A DNA stretch of 64,000 bases from Octopus vulgaris (taxonomy: Eukaryota), in contig OX597825.1 in NCBI GenBank assembly GCA_951406725.2, positions 24,490,001 through 24,554,000 on the forward strand, given 5' to 3'. Position numbers and translations under genes: made by a program. Positions 11,095 to 23,629 of this stretch are shown here, one piece after another. Positions within the stretch are counted from its first letter, which is position 1. Each line of letters starts with the position of its first letter. The notes beneath the pieces are model-generated. The model was given only the letters and a program-made list of their open reading frames with translations. It did not search any database and had not been told where the DNA came from.

Positions 11095-11487
11095 TTAGCA
11101 GTATCACCCGGCGTTGCTTGGGCTTGTTTTGACCCTTTAGAATTGGAATTTTTGAAAAGTAAAAATTTTGCATTCTGTAGCTTGTTATTCTCTTTAAGTG
11201 AACATTTTTCTGGTTGAAATACACCGAAAAATGGCAAACACAGCAGTAAAAAATCTTTAAAAATAGGGATTTTCATAGAAAAAAAAGCACCTTTTTAATG
11301 TAAATAAATTTTGGTGTTAACATGGTCCGATTTGAATTTTATCTTCTATGGAATGAAGAGCAAGCCTTCTTCTATCATACTCTCAATTTTGGTCAACTTG
11401 CACCACAGGGTCTCGGAGGAGATAGTGTTAGTTGAAGTCCATCAAACCTGCCACACACACAGACAACTTCAGCTTTATATATATCGA
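11095..11487 (-). mobile_element. Non-autonomous Helitron-like element
   Basis: Minus strand starts A|TCgatatatataaagctgaagttg and ends cccaagcaacgccgggtgatactgCTAA|T: TC...CTAR ends, subterminal GC hairpin, no TSD. Confidence 0.65.
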
Positions 11488-11524
11488 TTAAGAATTAATG
11501 TATAAGCAACGAAATATATAATAA

Positions 11525-11735
11525 TATTGGTTTCAAATTTTGGCAGAAGACCAGCGATTTCAAGGGAGGAGATAAGTCAAAAATAAGTACCAGTGATGAA
11601 ATGGTACATATTTTACTGGTACTGAAAGGATAAAAAGTAAAGTTGACCACAACAGGATTTGAACTCAGGACACAAAGGTAGATGAAATGTTGCTAAGCAT
11701 TTTACCTGGCATGCTAACAAATCTGCCAGCTCACT
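11525..11735 (-). mobile_element. SINE family B, degenerate
   Basis: ttcaaattttggca...gatttgaactcag...gctaagcattt...ctgccagctc. Confidence 0.75.
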
Positions 11736-11944
11736 GCGTTGAAATATATAAATGCACTGCCTAGTCCAGGAATTGAAACCACGAACTCATGACTATGAAT
11801 GCAATACTCTAACCACTGAGAAAGTTTGTCATATTTATGTGTGTGTGTGTGTGCATGTGTGATGTGTGTGTGTGATGTGTGTGTGATGTGGTTGCGTGTG
11901 TGTGTGATGTGTGTGTGTGATGTATGTGTGTGTGTGTGATGTGT

Positions 11945-12128
11945 GAATGTGTGTGTGTGTGTATACATATGACAGGCTTCTTTCAATTTCCGTCTACCAA
12001 ATCCACTCACAAGGCTTTAGTTGAACCAAAACTATAGTAGAAGATAATTGCCCAAGGTGCCACGCAGTGGAACTGAACCTGGAACCATTTGGTTGGTAAG
12101 CAAACTACTTACCACACAGCCACTCCTG
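11945..12128 (-). mobile_element. SINE family A, 5' half
   Basis: Reverse complement of the family A head. Confidence 0.85.
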
Positions 12129-12914
12129 TGTTCCAAACACCAACTTAATAATGACAAGCTTATTCCACTAAATTCTTTATTATTTTCAAACTAACTGAAA
12201 CAAACCATACATATTTCAAAAGAAATATCATAACAAATTGGTTAAGTACCAGTTCTGCTATTCTATTCCTATTCCAAAACCAAATTATGTTCTGTAGAAA
12301 TATCTCCGATAGCTCACTCCCATCTCCACATCCACTTCATTTGTATTCATGAAAATAATTAATGTACAACTATAAAAAATGTAAATATGAATTACTCCAT
12401 GCACTCATGAGATAACAACAGTCTACTCACTGACCTTATATGGTCGATGGTATCTCTCAATCAGTCTTTAAGGTGTTAGTTTTATTGATCTTCTCATCAG
12501 TGACTAGCACTTATCTGTTTGAAATGTTTATACATATATACAGATGAACTTAGAAAATGGAAAATAAACGGTGGTGCCTTTGATATTCAATGAAAATATG
12601 TGTTTCCAATTTAGTTCCATATTTGAAATCTATATCTTGATCAGATGTGGGGGCACATGGCCTAGTGGTTACCAAATAATCTACACTGGGTCTTCATCGG
12701 TTATGGCAATGAATGTTCCAGTTGATGTGGTGAATGGAATAGCCTGCTTGTGAAATTAACATACGAGTGGCTGAGTACTCCACAGTAACACATACCCACT
12801 TATGTAGTTCTCAAGAATATTCTGCATGACACAGAATGTGGTAAGGCTGGCTCTTTGAATTACAACTTCATTTTTGCCAGCTGAGTTTCTTGGAGCAACA
12901 TGAAATAAAGTGTC

Positions 12915-13004
12915 TTGCCCTATTCACCAGATTTAGCATCTGTGCACTTTCATCTCTTCCCTGGGATGAAAATGCAGCTCAAAGGTTGCCATTTTAACAC
13001 CATT
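12915..13004 (+). mobile_element. Mariner transposase fragment
   Basis: PYSPDLASVHFHLFPGMKMQLKGCHF matches the mariner YSPDLAPxD...LKGxxF motif. Confidence 0.75.
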
Positions 13005-13305
13005 GTGGAGGCACATGGCCCAGTAGTTAGAGCAGCGGACTCGTGGTCAAGGGATCACGGGTTCGAATCTCAGATCGGACTATGTGTGTGTTTATGAGGG
13101 AAATACCTAAGCTTCATGCGGCTCTGGCAGAAGGTAATGGTGAACTTCTGCTGACTCTTTTGCCATAATTTTCTCTCACTCTTTCCTCCTGCATCTTGCA
13201 CCTCACCTGCGACAGACTGGCGTCCCGTCCAGGTGGGGAACCTATATGCCAAGGGAACCGGAACCCGGCCCTTATGAGCCAGGCTTGGCTCAAGAAGGAA
13301 CAAAC
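13005..13305 (+). mobile_element. V-domain-like SINE, second copy
   Basis: Closely similar to 4513-4816 in opposite orientation. Confidence 0.9.
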
Positions 13306-13419
13306 ATATCTTGACCAAGAAACATCATTGTCAGCAACAGTATTGTCCTTCTTGTTGGCTGTTATCACTGTCATCATTTGTGTGGTTGGCATTGCCACAG
13401 TAATTGCTGTAATTATCAT

Positions 13420-13900
13420 TATCACCACCACCATCACCATCACCACCACAACCACCATTACCACCACCATCACCGCCACCACAACCACCACCACATACCA
13501 CCACCACAACTGCCATCACCACTATCACTACCACATATCACCATCACCACTACCATCACCACCACCACAACCACCACCATCACCACAACCACCACCATCA
13601 CCACAACCACCACAACCACCATCACCACCACCACCACAACAACTGCCATCACCACCACATATCAACACATACCACCACAACCACCATCACCACCACAATC
13701 ACCACCATCACCACACCACCATCATTACCACCACCACCACCACCACCACCACAACCGCCATCACCACTACCACTACCACATATCACCATCACCACTACCA
13801 TCACCACCACCACAACCACAACAATCACCACTGCAACCACCACCACAACCACCACCACATATCACCACATACCATCACCACAACTGCCATCACTACCACC
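13420..13900. repeat. (CAC/CAT/CAA)n low-complexity tract
   Basis: Direct reading. Confidence 0.95.
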
Positions 13901-14149
13901 AGACTGTGTTAGAGCCAGTAACAGTGTCTAAAGATAGTTGAAATGTTGTCCAAGGTAGAGGCAAGGGCTGATACAGCTTGGCACCAGTGATGTAAAAACT
14001 CATTTCTACAGCTATATGAACTGGAGCAATGTGAAATAAAGTGAAATAAAGTGTCTTGCTCAAGAACACAACACACAACCCAGTCCAGTAATCAAACTCA
14101 CTACCTCATGATTGTGACCCTGACACTCTAAACACTGAGCCATGTTGTG

Positions 14150-14430
14150 GAAACAAATAGTGAGTGACAAAATTAGTCTCTTTGGTACACCGTAATTAAT
14201 AAAGCATGGGAAAGAAGAGAGCTCAGGGCAATCTGATAAAAGGTTACCAATACAAGAGATGAGAGGATGGAATCTGTAGACTTGACAAGAGATTCCCACA
14301 CCAGACATGGTTGAATGTTTTGCTCATAAGAGCAACAGTATATTGCTTTCATTAATTTTATCTAAGGCAAGCTCCCACTGGTAGATGTTGAAAGAGAGTA
14401 AGTCTCCAGTAAGTCTGGCTTTACAGAAGT
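14150..14430 (-). mobile_element. Old non-LTR reverse transcriptase relic
   Basis: Minus strand gives KARLTGDLLS...MSKTFNHVW...INYGVPKRLILSLT, matching decayed RSTxD, KAFDxVW and GVPQGSxLSP RT motifs. Confidence 0.65.
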
Positions 14431-14894
14431 TAACTTCATTCTTGCTATTCATAATGCTTCACCAAAGATCTTTGTTTCCTATTAGCTTTGGTAGGTCCTT
14501 AATTTTATGTTGTGTATTTCTACCAATAACGTCAATGTATTTTGAATTGTCTGACAAGGACTAAAATAGTTTTATGGTGTGAGTACAAGACCAATGGGTA
14601 GATTTATGAACACATCCTACCTATTTCTACTAATATTGCTCAATCCAGGGAAGGCTCTGCTGACCACTGGCCTAGTATTGAACATTACACAATAATAGAT
14701 ATATTTAGGAGGTTTCTGCACTTGATAGAGGATGAAGACCAGTTATCATTTCATAGCCATACCCCTCCTACCAAAAGGGAAAAAAAAATTACAATTTTTA
14801 CCATGCACATGTACACACACGAACACACACACTTATATGCACTCACATCCACACACTCACACACACACACACACACATACATGTTCACACACAC

Positions 14895-16100
14895 ACACAT
14901 ATGCAGTTCTTTGATGTATCAGTTTGATTATATATTTGGTCTTTGATCTCGCAGACAATCACGTTATGGAATATTGTTATATAAACCATTTAAAGACAGA
15001 CGTAAACAGCTGTCAGTAGATATGATACACTGACATAATGTAATCCACAGATGTGAAAAATGGTTACATAATAAAACCGGTGCAGAGCTTGTTACTAAGC
15101 AGTGCCAGGTTCAAGTTCTCATGCAGGAAAAGAATTTTCTTCCATCTATTAAACACTATAAAATCCACAACACAATGAATCCAAAAAAATCACAGAAACA
15201 AAAATATACCATCGTCACTTAACGTCTACTTTTCTGTGCTTGCATGGGTCAGATGAAATTTGTTGATACGGATTTTCTATGGCTGGGTGCTCTTCCTGTC
15301 CCCAACACTTACCTGTTTCTGAACAAAGTAATATTTTCCCATGGCCTGGCATGTTTTTTCATGGAAGACTGGAAATGAGCAGCATTGCTTGTATGACGAT
15401 GATGGTAACAGTGCTCATTTAGAACCATTATGTGATGTCAAGACAAGGGTGCATGTGAACACACACACATGCACACACACACACACACATACACACACAC
15501 ACACACATATGCAGTTCTTTGATGTATCAGTTTGATTATATATTTGGTCTTTGATCTCGCAGACAATCACATTATGGAATATTGTTATATAAACCATTTA
15601 AAGACAGACGTAAACAGCTGTCAGTAGATATGATACACTGACATAATGTAATCCACAGATGTGAAAAATGGTTACATAATAAAACCAGTGCAGAGCTTGT
15701 TACTAAGCAGTGCCAGGTTCAAATTCTCATGCAGGAAAAGAATTTTCTTCCATCTATTAAACACTATAAAATCCACAGCACACTGAATCCAAGAAATCAC
15801 AGGAACAAACAAAAATATACCATCGCCACTTAACGTCCACTTTTCTGTGCTTGCATGGGTCAGAAGGAATTTGTTGATACGGATTTTCTATGGCTGGGTG
15901 CTCTTTCTGTCCCCAACACTTAGCTGTTTCTGAACAAGGTAATATTTTCGCATGGAAAACTGGAAATGAGCAGCATCGCTTGTATGATGATGATGGTGAC
16001 AATGCTCATTTACAACCATTATGTGATGTCAAGACAAGGGTGCACGTGAACACATACACACATGCACACACACACATACATACACACACACACTCACACA
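14895..16100. repeat. Tandem duplication, ~608-bp unit x2
   Basis: gcagttctttgatgtatcagtttgatt at 14903 and 15511; units colinear through gtcaagacaagggtgca; boundaries lie in (CA)n tracts. Confidence 0.95.
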
Positions 16101-16157
16101 CATATGTGTGTGTGTGTTTATGTGTACCCTTATCTTGACATCATATAATGGTTGTAA

Positions 16158-16319
16158 ATGTATATATTTACAAATATATGTTATAATTCTGCTTAGTCAT
16201 ATATGTGTGTGTAAGTATGTATTTGTGTATGCATGTATGTGTATGTATGTATATATGCATGTTTGTATGTATGTACGTATGTATGTATATAGGTATGTAT
16301 GTGTGCATCTGTGTGTATT

Positions 16320-16351
<32 letters not shown>

Positions 16352-16380
16352 CACATGTATATAATGTACATATACATACA
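16158..16380 (+). repeat. Left arm of an inverted duplication (partner 19949-20150)
   Basis: tatttacaaatatatgttataattctgcttagtcatatatg and tactcacatgtatataatgtacatatac recur reverse-complemented at 19949-20150. Confidence 0.9.
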
Positions 16381-16539
16381 TGCAAATACTAGCCATTTGA
16401 GAAAAAGGATTATATATAATCCCTTGCATATACATACATATATTACATTACTGTGCAAAAATTATCTGCCAAAACAAGGTTTCTCTCAGAGCCCCTTAGA
16501 TGCTTCAGAATTTGTAAAGGATTATAAAAGTATGTTATC

Positions 16540-16805
16540 ACATGCGGAAAAATGTATGTATATCTGGGCTGTATTCAGAAGTGATGAGAAGCAGGAGGGA
16601 TGAGAATTGGATGCTCAGATCACAAGTGTTGGCATAGTAATGTATAATTTGCAGCATTCAATCTCTAGAAGATAAAAAGCCAAACTCACGATTTTCGATT
16701 TGGTTTCCATGCTTACCATCATTGAGACTTAGGTAGTGATGGAAGGAGGACAATCCCAAATACAGGCAGCTAAAATGGAGTTTTGCCAAAGGATTTCTGG
16801 ATTTG
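16540..16805 (+). mobile_element. RTE LINE relic
   Basis: AEKCMYIWAVFRSDEKQE...QSQIQAAKMEFCQRISG, the same RT region as 4830-5210. Confidence 0.7.
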
Positions 16806-17586
16806 TTGACATTGTAGTACATTCAAACATGAATATACTGTTTATTGTTGTATTTCATCACCAGAGAATATCTTCTCTCTTTAGCCAATATGTGTTCATA
16901 GAACATGCAATTCAATGATGAAAAATTTGTTTCCTGTTGCCTTTTGTTTAGATTCATTGATCCAGGATAGCTTTCACTGAAGAGACACACAAGGAGATCA
17001 AAAAACTGCAGTGTCTCAAATAACCCTTATATCAATGGATCACATATTTTATGAACACAGTTGTCTAAAAGATGTTCTCTGATGACAGAATACAACAGTG
17101 AATAGCATATTCATGTTTGAATCTGCTAAAATATATAAGGAATGAATTGATATATTATAAGAATCTATGTTATACTTAAATATTTACATAGATTAGGTAA
17201 TATTAGATGTATGTATCGCAAATATATGATTCTAAAAAATTTTTATAATTAAGTAATTATTGATTCACTAACCTTCAACTAACAAAATGCCAGTTCTCCA
17301 TGGAATGACACAATTTAATTACAAAGTTTCAGTTTGAATTATGTATGTTATAAACAGACATCATCTTTAGGAAGGAAATTTCTTCAATAACAAAGAACAG
17401 AAGCGATCAGCATATTTATAGTGAAGGATGGACATGTATACTGGTGATGTGAGCTAGATCTAAGAATAACAGGCAGATATGCTTCTGATTCTTAGTGATG
17501 TAACCTTTGGATGCTTAACCTCAGTTTGGGACACGTTTGAGGTTTTCTCGCTTCTGTCTGCAATATTCTGAGTATTCTGTTCTTTT

Positions 17587-17994
17587 CTTTATTCTTTTAC
17601 TTGTTTCAGTCATTTGACTGCAGCCATGCTGGAGCACCGCCTTTAGTCGAACAAATCGACCCCAGGACATATTCTTTGTAAGCCTAGTACTTATTCTATC
17701 AGTCTCTTTTGCCAAACCGCTAAGTTACAGGGACATAAACACACCACTATCAGATGTCAAGTGATGTTGGGGTGACAAACACAGACAAACAAACAAACAC
17801 ACACACACACTCACACACATATATATATATATATATACTTTATTTTAACAAAACTGTCCAACGAACGGGAACATGAAACTCCGAGTAACAGGTTTTGTTG
17901 AATTTCTGCTGCTTTTAAATAAAGCATATTACTCTACCCCTGATATTTGAGTACTCTTTTTTCCACCTTGTTTCGCATTTATGTGTTTACTCTG

Positions 17995-18025
<31 letters not shown>

Positions 18026-18196
18026 AATATATATGATGGGCTTCTTTCAGTTTCCATCTACCAAATCCACTCACAAGGCTTTGGTCGGCCCGAGGCTATA
18101 GTAGAAGACACCTGCCCAAGATACCACGCAGTGGGACTGAACCCAGAAACATGTGGTTGGTAAGCAAGCTACTTACCACACAGCTACTTCTGCACC
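17587..18196 (-). mobile_element. SINE family A, full length, with an insert in its (TA)n middle
   Basis: Tail cttttacttgtttcagtcatttgactg at ~17594; head ends ~18196; non-SINE insert at 17840-17995. Confidence 0.9.
17847..17899 (+). ncRNA. Minimal type I hammerhead-like motif
   Basis: Helix I aacaaaac-tgt / aca-g-gttttgtt; variant core CCAACGA; helix II acg-ggaa-cat; GAAA-CTC-c-GAG-TA (GUA triplet). Confidence 0.5.
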
Positions 18197-18455
18197 ACTT
18201 TTTTTCTTGATGATTCCCTACATAGCATAACTTAAGATCCAAATTTTCCTTAATATTTTACATTGAAACATCCCTAATTCATGAAAACAGATTGTCTCAG
18301 GTTTGTTTACCATTGAAGCCTCAGGCATCTACATGTTTTTCCACTTATATTCTTGATTCAGCAATATAGCCAGCATTCTGTCGGTTACTACGATGAGGGT
18401 TCTAGTTGATCCAATCAACAGAACAGCCTGCTTGTGAAATTAATGTGCAATTAAT

Positions 18456-18858
18456 AGGCGCAGGAGTGGCTGTGTGGTAAGTAGCTTGTTTACCAACCAC
18501 ATGGTTCCGGGTTCAGTCCCACTGTGTGGCACCTTGGGCAAGTGTCTTCTACTATAGCCTCGGGCCGACCAAAGCCTTGTGAGTGGATTTGGTATACGGA
18601 AACTGAAAGAAGCCTGTCGTATATATGTATATATATATAAATATGCGTGTGTGTCTGTGTTTGTCCCCCTAGCATTGCTTGACAACCGATGGTGGTGTGT
18701 TTATGTCCCCCATTACTTAGCGGTTCGGCAAAAGAGACCGATAGAATAAGTACTGGGCTTACAAAAGAATAAGTCCCGGGATCGAGTTGCTCGATTAAAA
18801 GGCGGTGCTCCAGCATGGCCACAGTCAAATGACTGAAACAAGTAAAAGAGTAAAGAGT
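18456..18858 (+). mobile_element. SINE family A, full length, nested in a family D SINE (~18375-19045, minus)
   Basis: aggcgcaggagtggctgtgtggtaag (A box)...gggttcagtccc (B box)...(TA)n...cagtcaaatgactgaaacaagtaaaagagtaaagag. Confidence 0.95.
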
Positions 18859-19846
18859 AAGTAGCTGAGCACTCCACAGACACATATACTCTTAATGTAG
18901 TTCTCAGGCAGATTCAGCATAACTCAGAATGTGACATAGCTAAACCCCCCCCCCCCCCTTTGAATTACAGGTACTGCTCATTTTTGCCAGCTGAGTGATG
19001 TTAAATAAAGTGTCTTGCTCAAGGACACAATGCATCACAGGGAATTTCAATGTAGTCAACTCTTCTATTCATTCCATTCAGAGTCAACAAAATGGTAATG
19101 ATGACAATGATAATAAAAACAAAGTCATTGACCGTCCATGGAAACCTCAGCTAATTTACAGATTCATGTAATACATGTATATTAGTCCAGTCCGGTCCAG
19201 TCCAGTCTAGTTCAGTCCACACATGATCAAACCACCGCAGAACCACAGCACTCATCATTAAAGCCGACGTAGATCCATTTACTTTAGCATCTACGCATGT
19301 AGATGTGTAAAATCTTCTTAAGTGCGTCTTACATGATATGCAAATTATTTCTTTGAAAAACTTTCCTGAGTTATGTCAAAAGTTGTTTCTCGATGCCTTT
19401 ACGATGATTAAAGTATTAGATTCTTCGCAACCTTTGAAGCTAAGAACATTTTTGTTTTTGTCTTATTTGCTTATTCATTTTGTGTGTGTTTGTTTGTTTC
19501 TTTTCTTCTCAAGACAAATAATAATCTATAGAGGATTAACAAGCATAACCGCCATTTAATGTAACTTTTATAAGTTCAAAGATAAAGATTTCCACTTCTC
19601 GTTTTTATATTACGTGACACATAGCACAAATACAAAACAGCAAAGATCTGTGTTTATGTGCATATGTTTGTGAGTGTGTATATATGTGTATATGTATATA
19701 TGTATATACAGGTATATATATATGTATATATGTATATATGTATATATGTATATATGTATATACAGGTATATATATATGTATATATGTATATATGTATATA
19801 TATATATACAGGTATATATACAGGTATATATGTGTATGTGTGTGTG

Positions 19847-19894
<48 letters not shown>

Positions 19895-19948
19895 CACATG
19901 TGTGTGTGAGTCTGTGTGTATGTATATATATTTATAAATATGTGTGTT

Positions 19949-20150
19949 TGTATGTATATGTACATTATATACATGTGAGTATATATATATATATACACAC
20001 ACATGCACACATACATACATATATACATTCATACATACATACATACATGCATATATACATACATACACATACATGCATACACAAATACGTACATACTCAC
20101 ACACACATATATGACTAAGCAGAATTATAACATATATTTGTAAATATATA
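19949..20150 (-). repeat. Right arm of an inverted duplication (partner 16158-16380)
   Basis: See left arm. Confidence 0.9.
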
Positions 20151-20929
20151 TACATACATCATCATCATCATCGTTTAATGTCCATTTTTCATGCTAGCAT
20201 GAACACACACATAAACACACACACACACACACTCCAGTGTAGTATAATTTACACAAGGCATCATAAGTCAGAACTGAAAAAATTACTATGAATTGTTTTA
20301 GAGAGTCTGTACTATGCTTAGGAGTTGAAACAAAAGCAAAACTACAGTTTACATTTTTACTTTAGATTACAATATTTCGAACTTAGAAGCCCTTTATCAA
20401 TATTAAAGAAACAGGACTGATATAACCTAGTGTCTTTAACACAGATATATGAGGATAAGGACTGTGCTATGCACAGACAAGTGTTGCTGTAATATTCAAT
20501 TAACTATGATTCTAAGTTCAAATTCCACCAAGGTCATTCTAAGTTCAAATTTGATTGTGGTCAACTCTACCATCCATTCCATTTAGAGTCAGAAAAAATA
20601 AGTACTCATAGAACACTGGGTTCAATGTAATCGACTCAAGACCTCCACCAAAAATTGCTGGCCTTGTGCAAAAACTTGAAACCAATATTATACATGGACA
20701 TACAGAAGTTTTTAAAGTAGCTAAAACAAAGCGTTTAAATATTTGGGTGTTACTGATTGGTTGAGGAAGCATATAGTGTTTCAAGCTAAGTTTTATATAC
20801 TTTTTAATGTATGCATTGTAATGTATGTCTGTATGTGTATCTATGTATGCATGTATGTGTATGTATGAATGTATGTATGCATATGTATGTGCATATGTAT
20901 ATATATGTATGTATTCACTTATGCACATA

Positions 20930-21335
20930 AGGCGCAGGAGTGGCTGTGTGGTAAGTAGCTTGCTAACCAACCACATGGTTCCGGGTTCAGTCCCACTGTG
21001 TGGCATCTTGGGCAAGTGTCTTCTGCTATAGCCTCGGGCCGACCAAAGTCTTGTGAGTGGATTTGGTAGACAGAAACTGAAAGAAGCCTGTCGTATATAT
21101 GTATATATATATGTATGTGTGTGTGTTTGTGTGTCTGTGTTTGTCCTCCCATCATCGCTTGACAACCGATGCTGGTGTGTTCATGTCCCCGTAACTTAGC
21201 GGTTCGGCAAAAGAGACCGATAGAATAAGTACTGGGCTTACAAAGAATAAGTCCCGGGGTCGATTTGCTTGACTAAAGGCAGTGCTCCAGCATGGCCGCA
21301 GTCAAATGACTGAAACAAGTAAAAAAAATAAATAA
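20930..21335 (+). mobile_element. SINE family A, full length
   Basis: Colinear with 18456-18858. Confidence 0.95.
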
Positions 21336-21439
21336 AATAAGGATAGCTTCCTTTCAACCCATTTGTGTGTGTGGCTGCCCACCATGCTCATGACTTCATC
21401 CAGTCCCAATCCATCTGCATATCTTAACTGAACTAGACT

Positions 21440-21803
21440 CCAAGCAGTTTAACCAACCTATGAGGCTGATTGTCAGCATAGATTTGTCTTCCTAGGTGCC
21501 AAGCTGTAATGACCCTCAGAGCCATGCCAGCAGAGAGCAAGCTCCTAGTAGGGTCTCCCATGCTGGACAGGTCAAGAGATAGAGGCCAGACTAATATGAA
21601 CCACCTCTTTCCGGGGGTAAAATTGGATTTGTGTAGGGCCAACGTCTTTACCTAGAGAAAAAAGTAAAGTTATAGAAGTGCTGATGGCAATTCAAAACCA
21701 ACAAGACCTGGGTGAGGACAATCCATGGGCAAGAACATTGGAGAAAGGTTGCTAATGGATTATGCTCCATGGGGGTGGGGAGAAGGACTTAAGTTAATAA
21801 GTA
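21440..21803 (+). mobile_element. Probable non-autonomous bipartite RTE-type element
   Basis: ctcccatgctggacaggtcaagagatagaggccagactaa (RTE 5'-like) joined to tatgctccatgg...ggacttaagttaataagtaa (RTE 3' tail-like). Confidence 0.45.
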
Positions 21804-22668
21804 ATTCTATCACAGTCTCCATACCTAGAAGATCTGTTACCTATATCTGTCAACCAGGTAAGACTGTGTCATCATCATCATCATTTAATGTCCATTGTCC
21901 ATGCTGGTATGGGTTGGACTGCTGGCATGAGTTATAGAAATAAATGCGCAATGAAGTAAATATACAACAAAATACAAAGAATGAGTTTGAACTCAAAATC
22001 TATTAGTTGATAATCCAGTAGTGTACCAACTGCTTTTATTTTTATTTATTTATTTTTTTATTTTTTATAGGTTTTTTTTTGGATTTCTCTCAAGAATCAT
22101 TACTAGTCCTGTCCTGTTCTAATTCCAGAACTCATTATTCCACTTTTCCATTAGGCTGTAATTTGCAATTTAAAGATCGTTATAAGGAAGAGAAACAATT
22201 ATGTGGTGGAAAAGCCAATAAAAAGCATTTTATTGCAGACCGAAGATATCTGGTTAATAGTTCTATAAATGTAAAAGAAAATAGATCTGACAATTTGTGT
22301 TATACTTAACAAACTCTCCCAGAAATTGATACCTTCATGTCACATTGAAAATATCAGTCGGCATGGAGAAAGTAATTCAATAGCAGAAGTTCTTTTAACT
22401 CTTTTCATTTAAAAGTAAGTGATATAACTTTTTAGATGATTCCTCTCATTCAAAGACATGTCGATATCCCAAATGCTTATTGAAACAGTTAATGCTACAA
22501 TGGATATCATCACGAAAACTTTTTAATGGTTTGTTTTCTAGATACTGTGATATATTCCTGGTGGATCAATGGTAAACATAGAATTTAAACTGAAGTTGAC
22601 TGATTCTAACCTTGTAAAAACAATATTTCACAGCCACTGCTAGAACAAAAATAAATAGTGGCTGTGTG

Positions 22669-23629
22669 GAGGCGCAGGAGTGGCTGTGTGGGAAGTAGCT
22701 TGCTTACCAACCACATGGGTCCCGGTTCAATCCCACTGCATGGCACCTTGGGCAAGTGTCTTCTACTATAGCCTCGGGCCGACCAAAGCCTTGTGAGTGG
22801 ATTTGGTAGACAGAAACTGAAAGAAGCCCATCGTATATATGTATACATATATATACAAAATTAGAAAATGGAGAAACATACTTAAATCAATCAAACATCA
22901 ACCATCAGATGATACCCAATCAATACTTTATTACACCATTACATAACAGCAAAGGCATTATACAAAATGTATTGTAAATATAATTAGACAAGGAAATAGA
23001 AATATAAAATATAAAATATAATATATAATTATATCATATCTGACAGCTGTTTCGGCCGTGAGGACAAGTATGCCTATATACTCTCTAGCAGTATATTGGA
23101 TACATGTTATCCCATGGTGGGTTGAATTTTCAACCCCTATCTCATTTTATATACATATATATATGTATTTATGTGTGTTTGTCTGTGTTTGTCTCCCTAA
23201 CATTGCTTGACAACCGATGCTAGTGTGTTTACATCCCCGTAACTTAGTGGTAAGTAGCTTGCTTACCAACCACATGGTTCCGGGTTCAGTCCCACTGCAT
23301 AGCACCTTGGGCAAGTGTCTTCTACTATAGCCTCGGGCCAACTAAAGCTTTGTGAGTGGATTTGGTAGACAGAAACTGAAAGAAGCCCGTTGTATATATG
23401 TATATATATATATATATATTTGTGTGTGTGTGTGTCTGTGTCTGTCCTCCCAACATTGCTTGACAACCAATGCTGGTGTGTTTACATCTCTGTAACTTAG
23501 CAGTTCGGCAAAAGGGACCGATAGAATAAGTACTAGGCTTACAAAGAATAAGTCCTGGGGTCGATTTGTTCGACTAAAGGCAATGCTCCATGGCCGCAGT
23601 CAAATGACTGAAACAAGTAAAAGAGTAAA
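22669..23629 (+). mobile_element. Compound SINE family A locus: partial copy with an insert (22857-23147) fused to a second, near-complete copy
   Basis: Head at 22669; body resumes ~23170; junction ccgtaacttagtggtaagtagcttg at ~23247 restarts the head; tail at ~23590-23629. Confidence 0.9.

Noticed and set aside
14915-14942. Resemblance to miR-190 (gtttgat..atatttggt)
   Set aside because: Seed does not match and no precursor hairpin is evident
18456-18530. tRNA genes at SINE heads
   Set aside because: A/B boxes present but no full cloverleaf; they continue into the SINE body in many copies
18440-18885. Recurrent ORFs such as RLWSARGYSRRHLPKV and GFGRPEAIVEDTCPRC as a gene family
   Set aside because: Antisense translations of SINE family A
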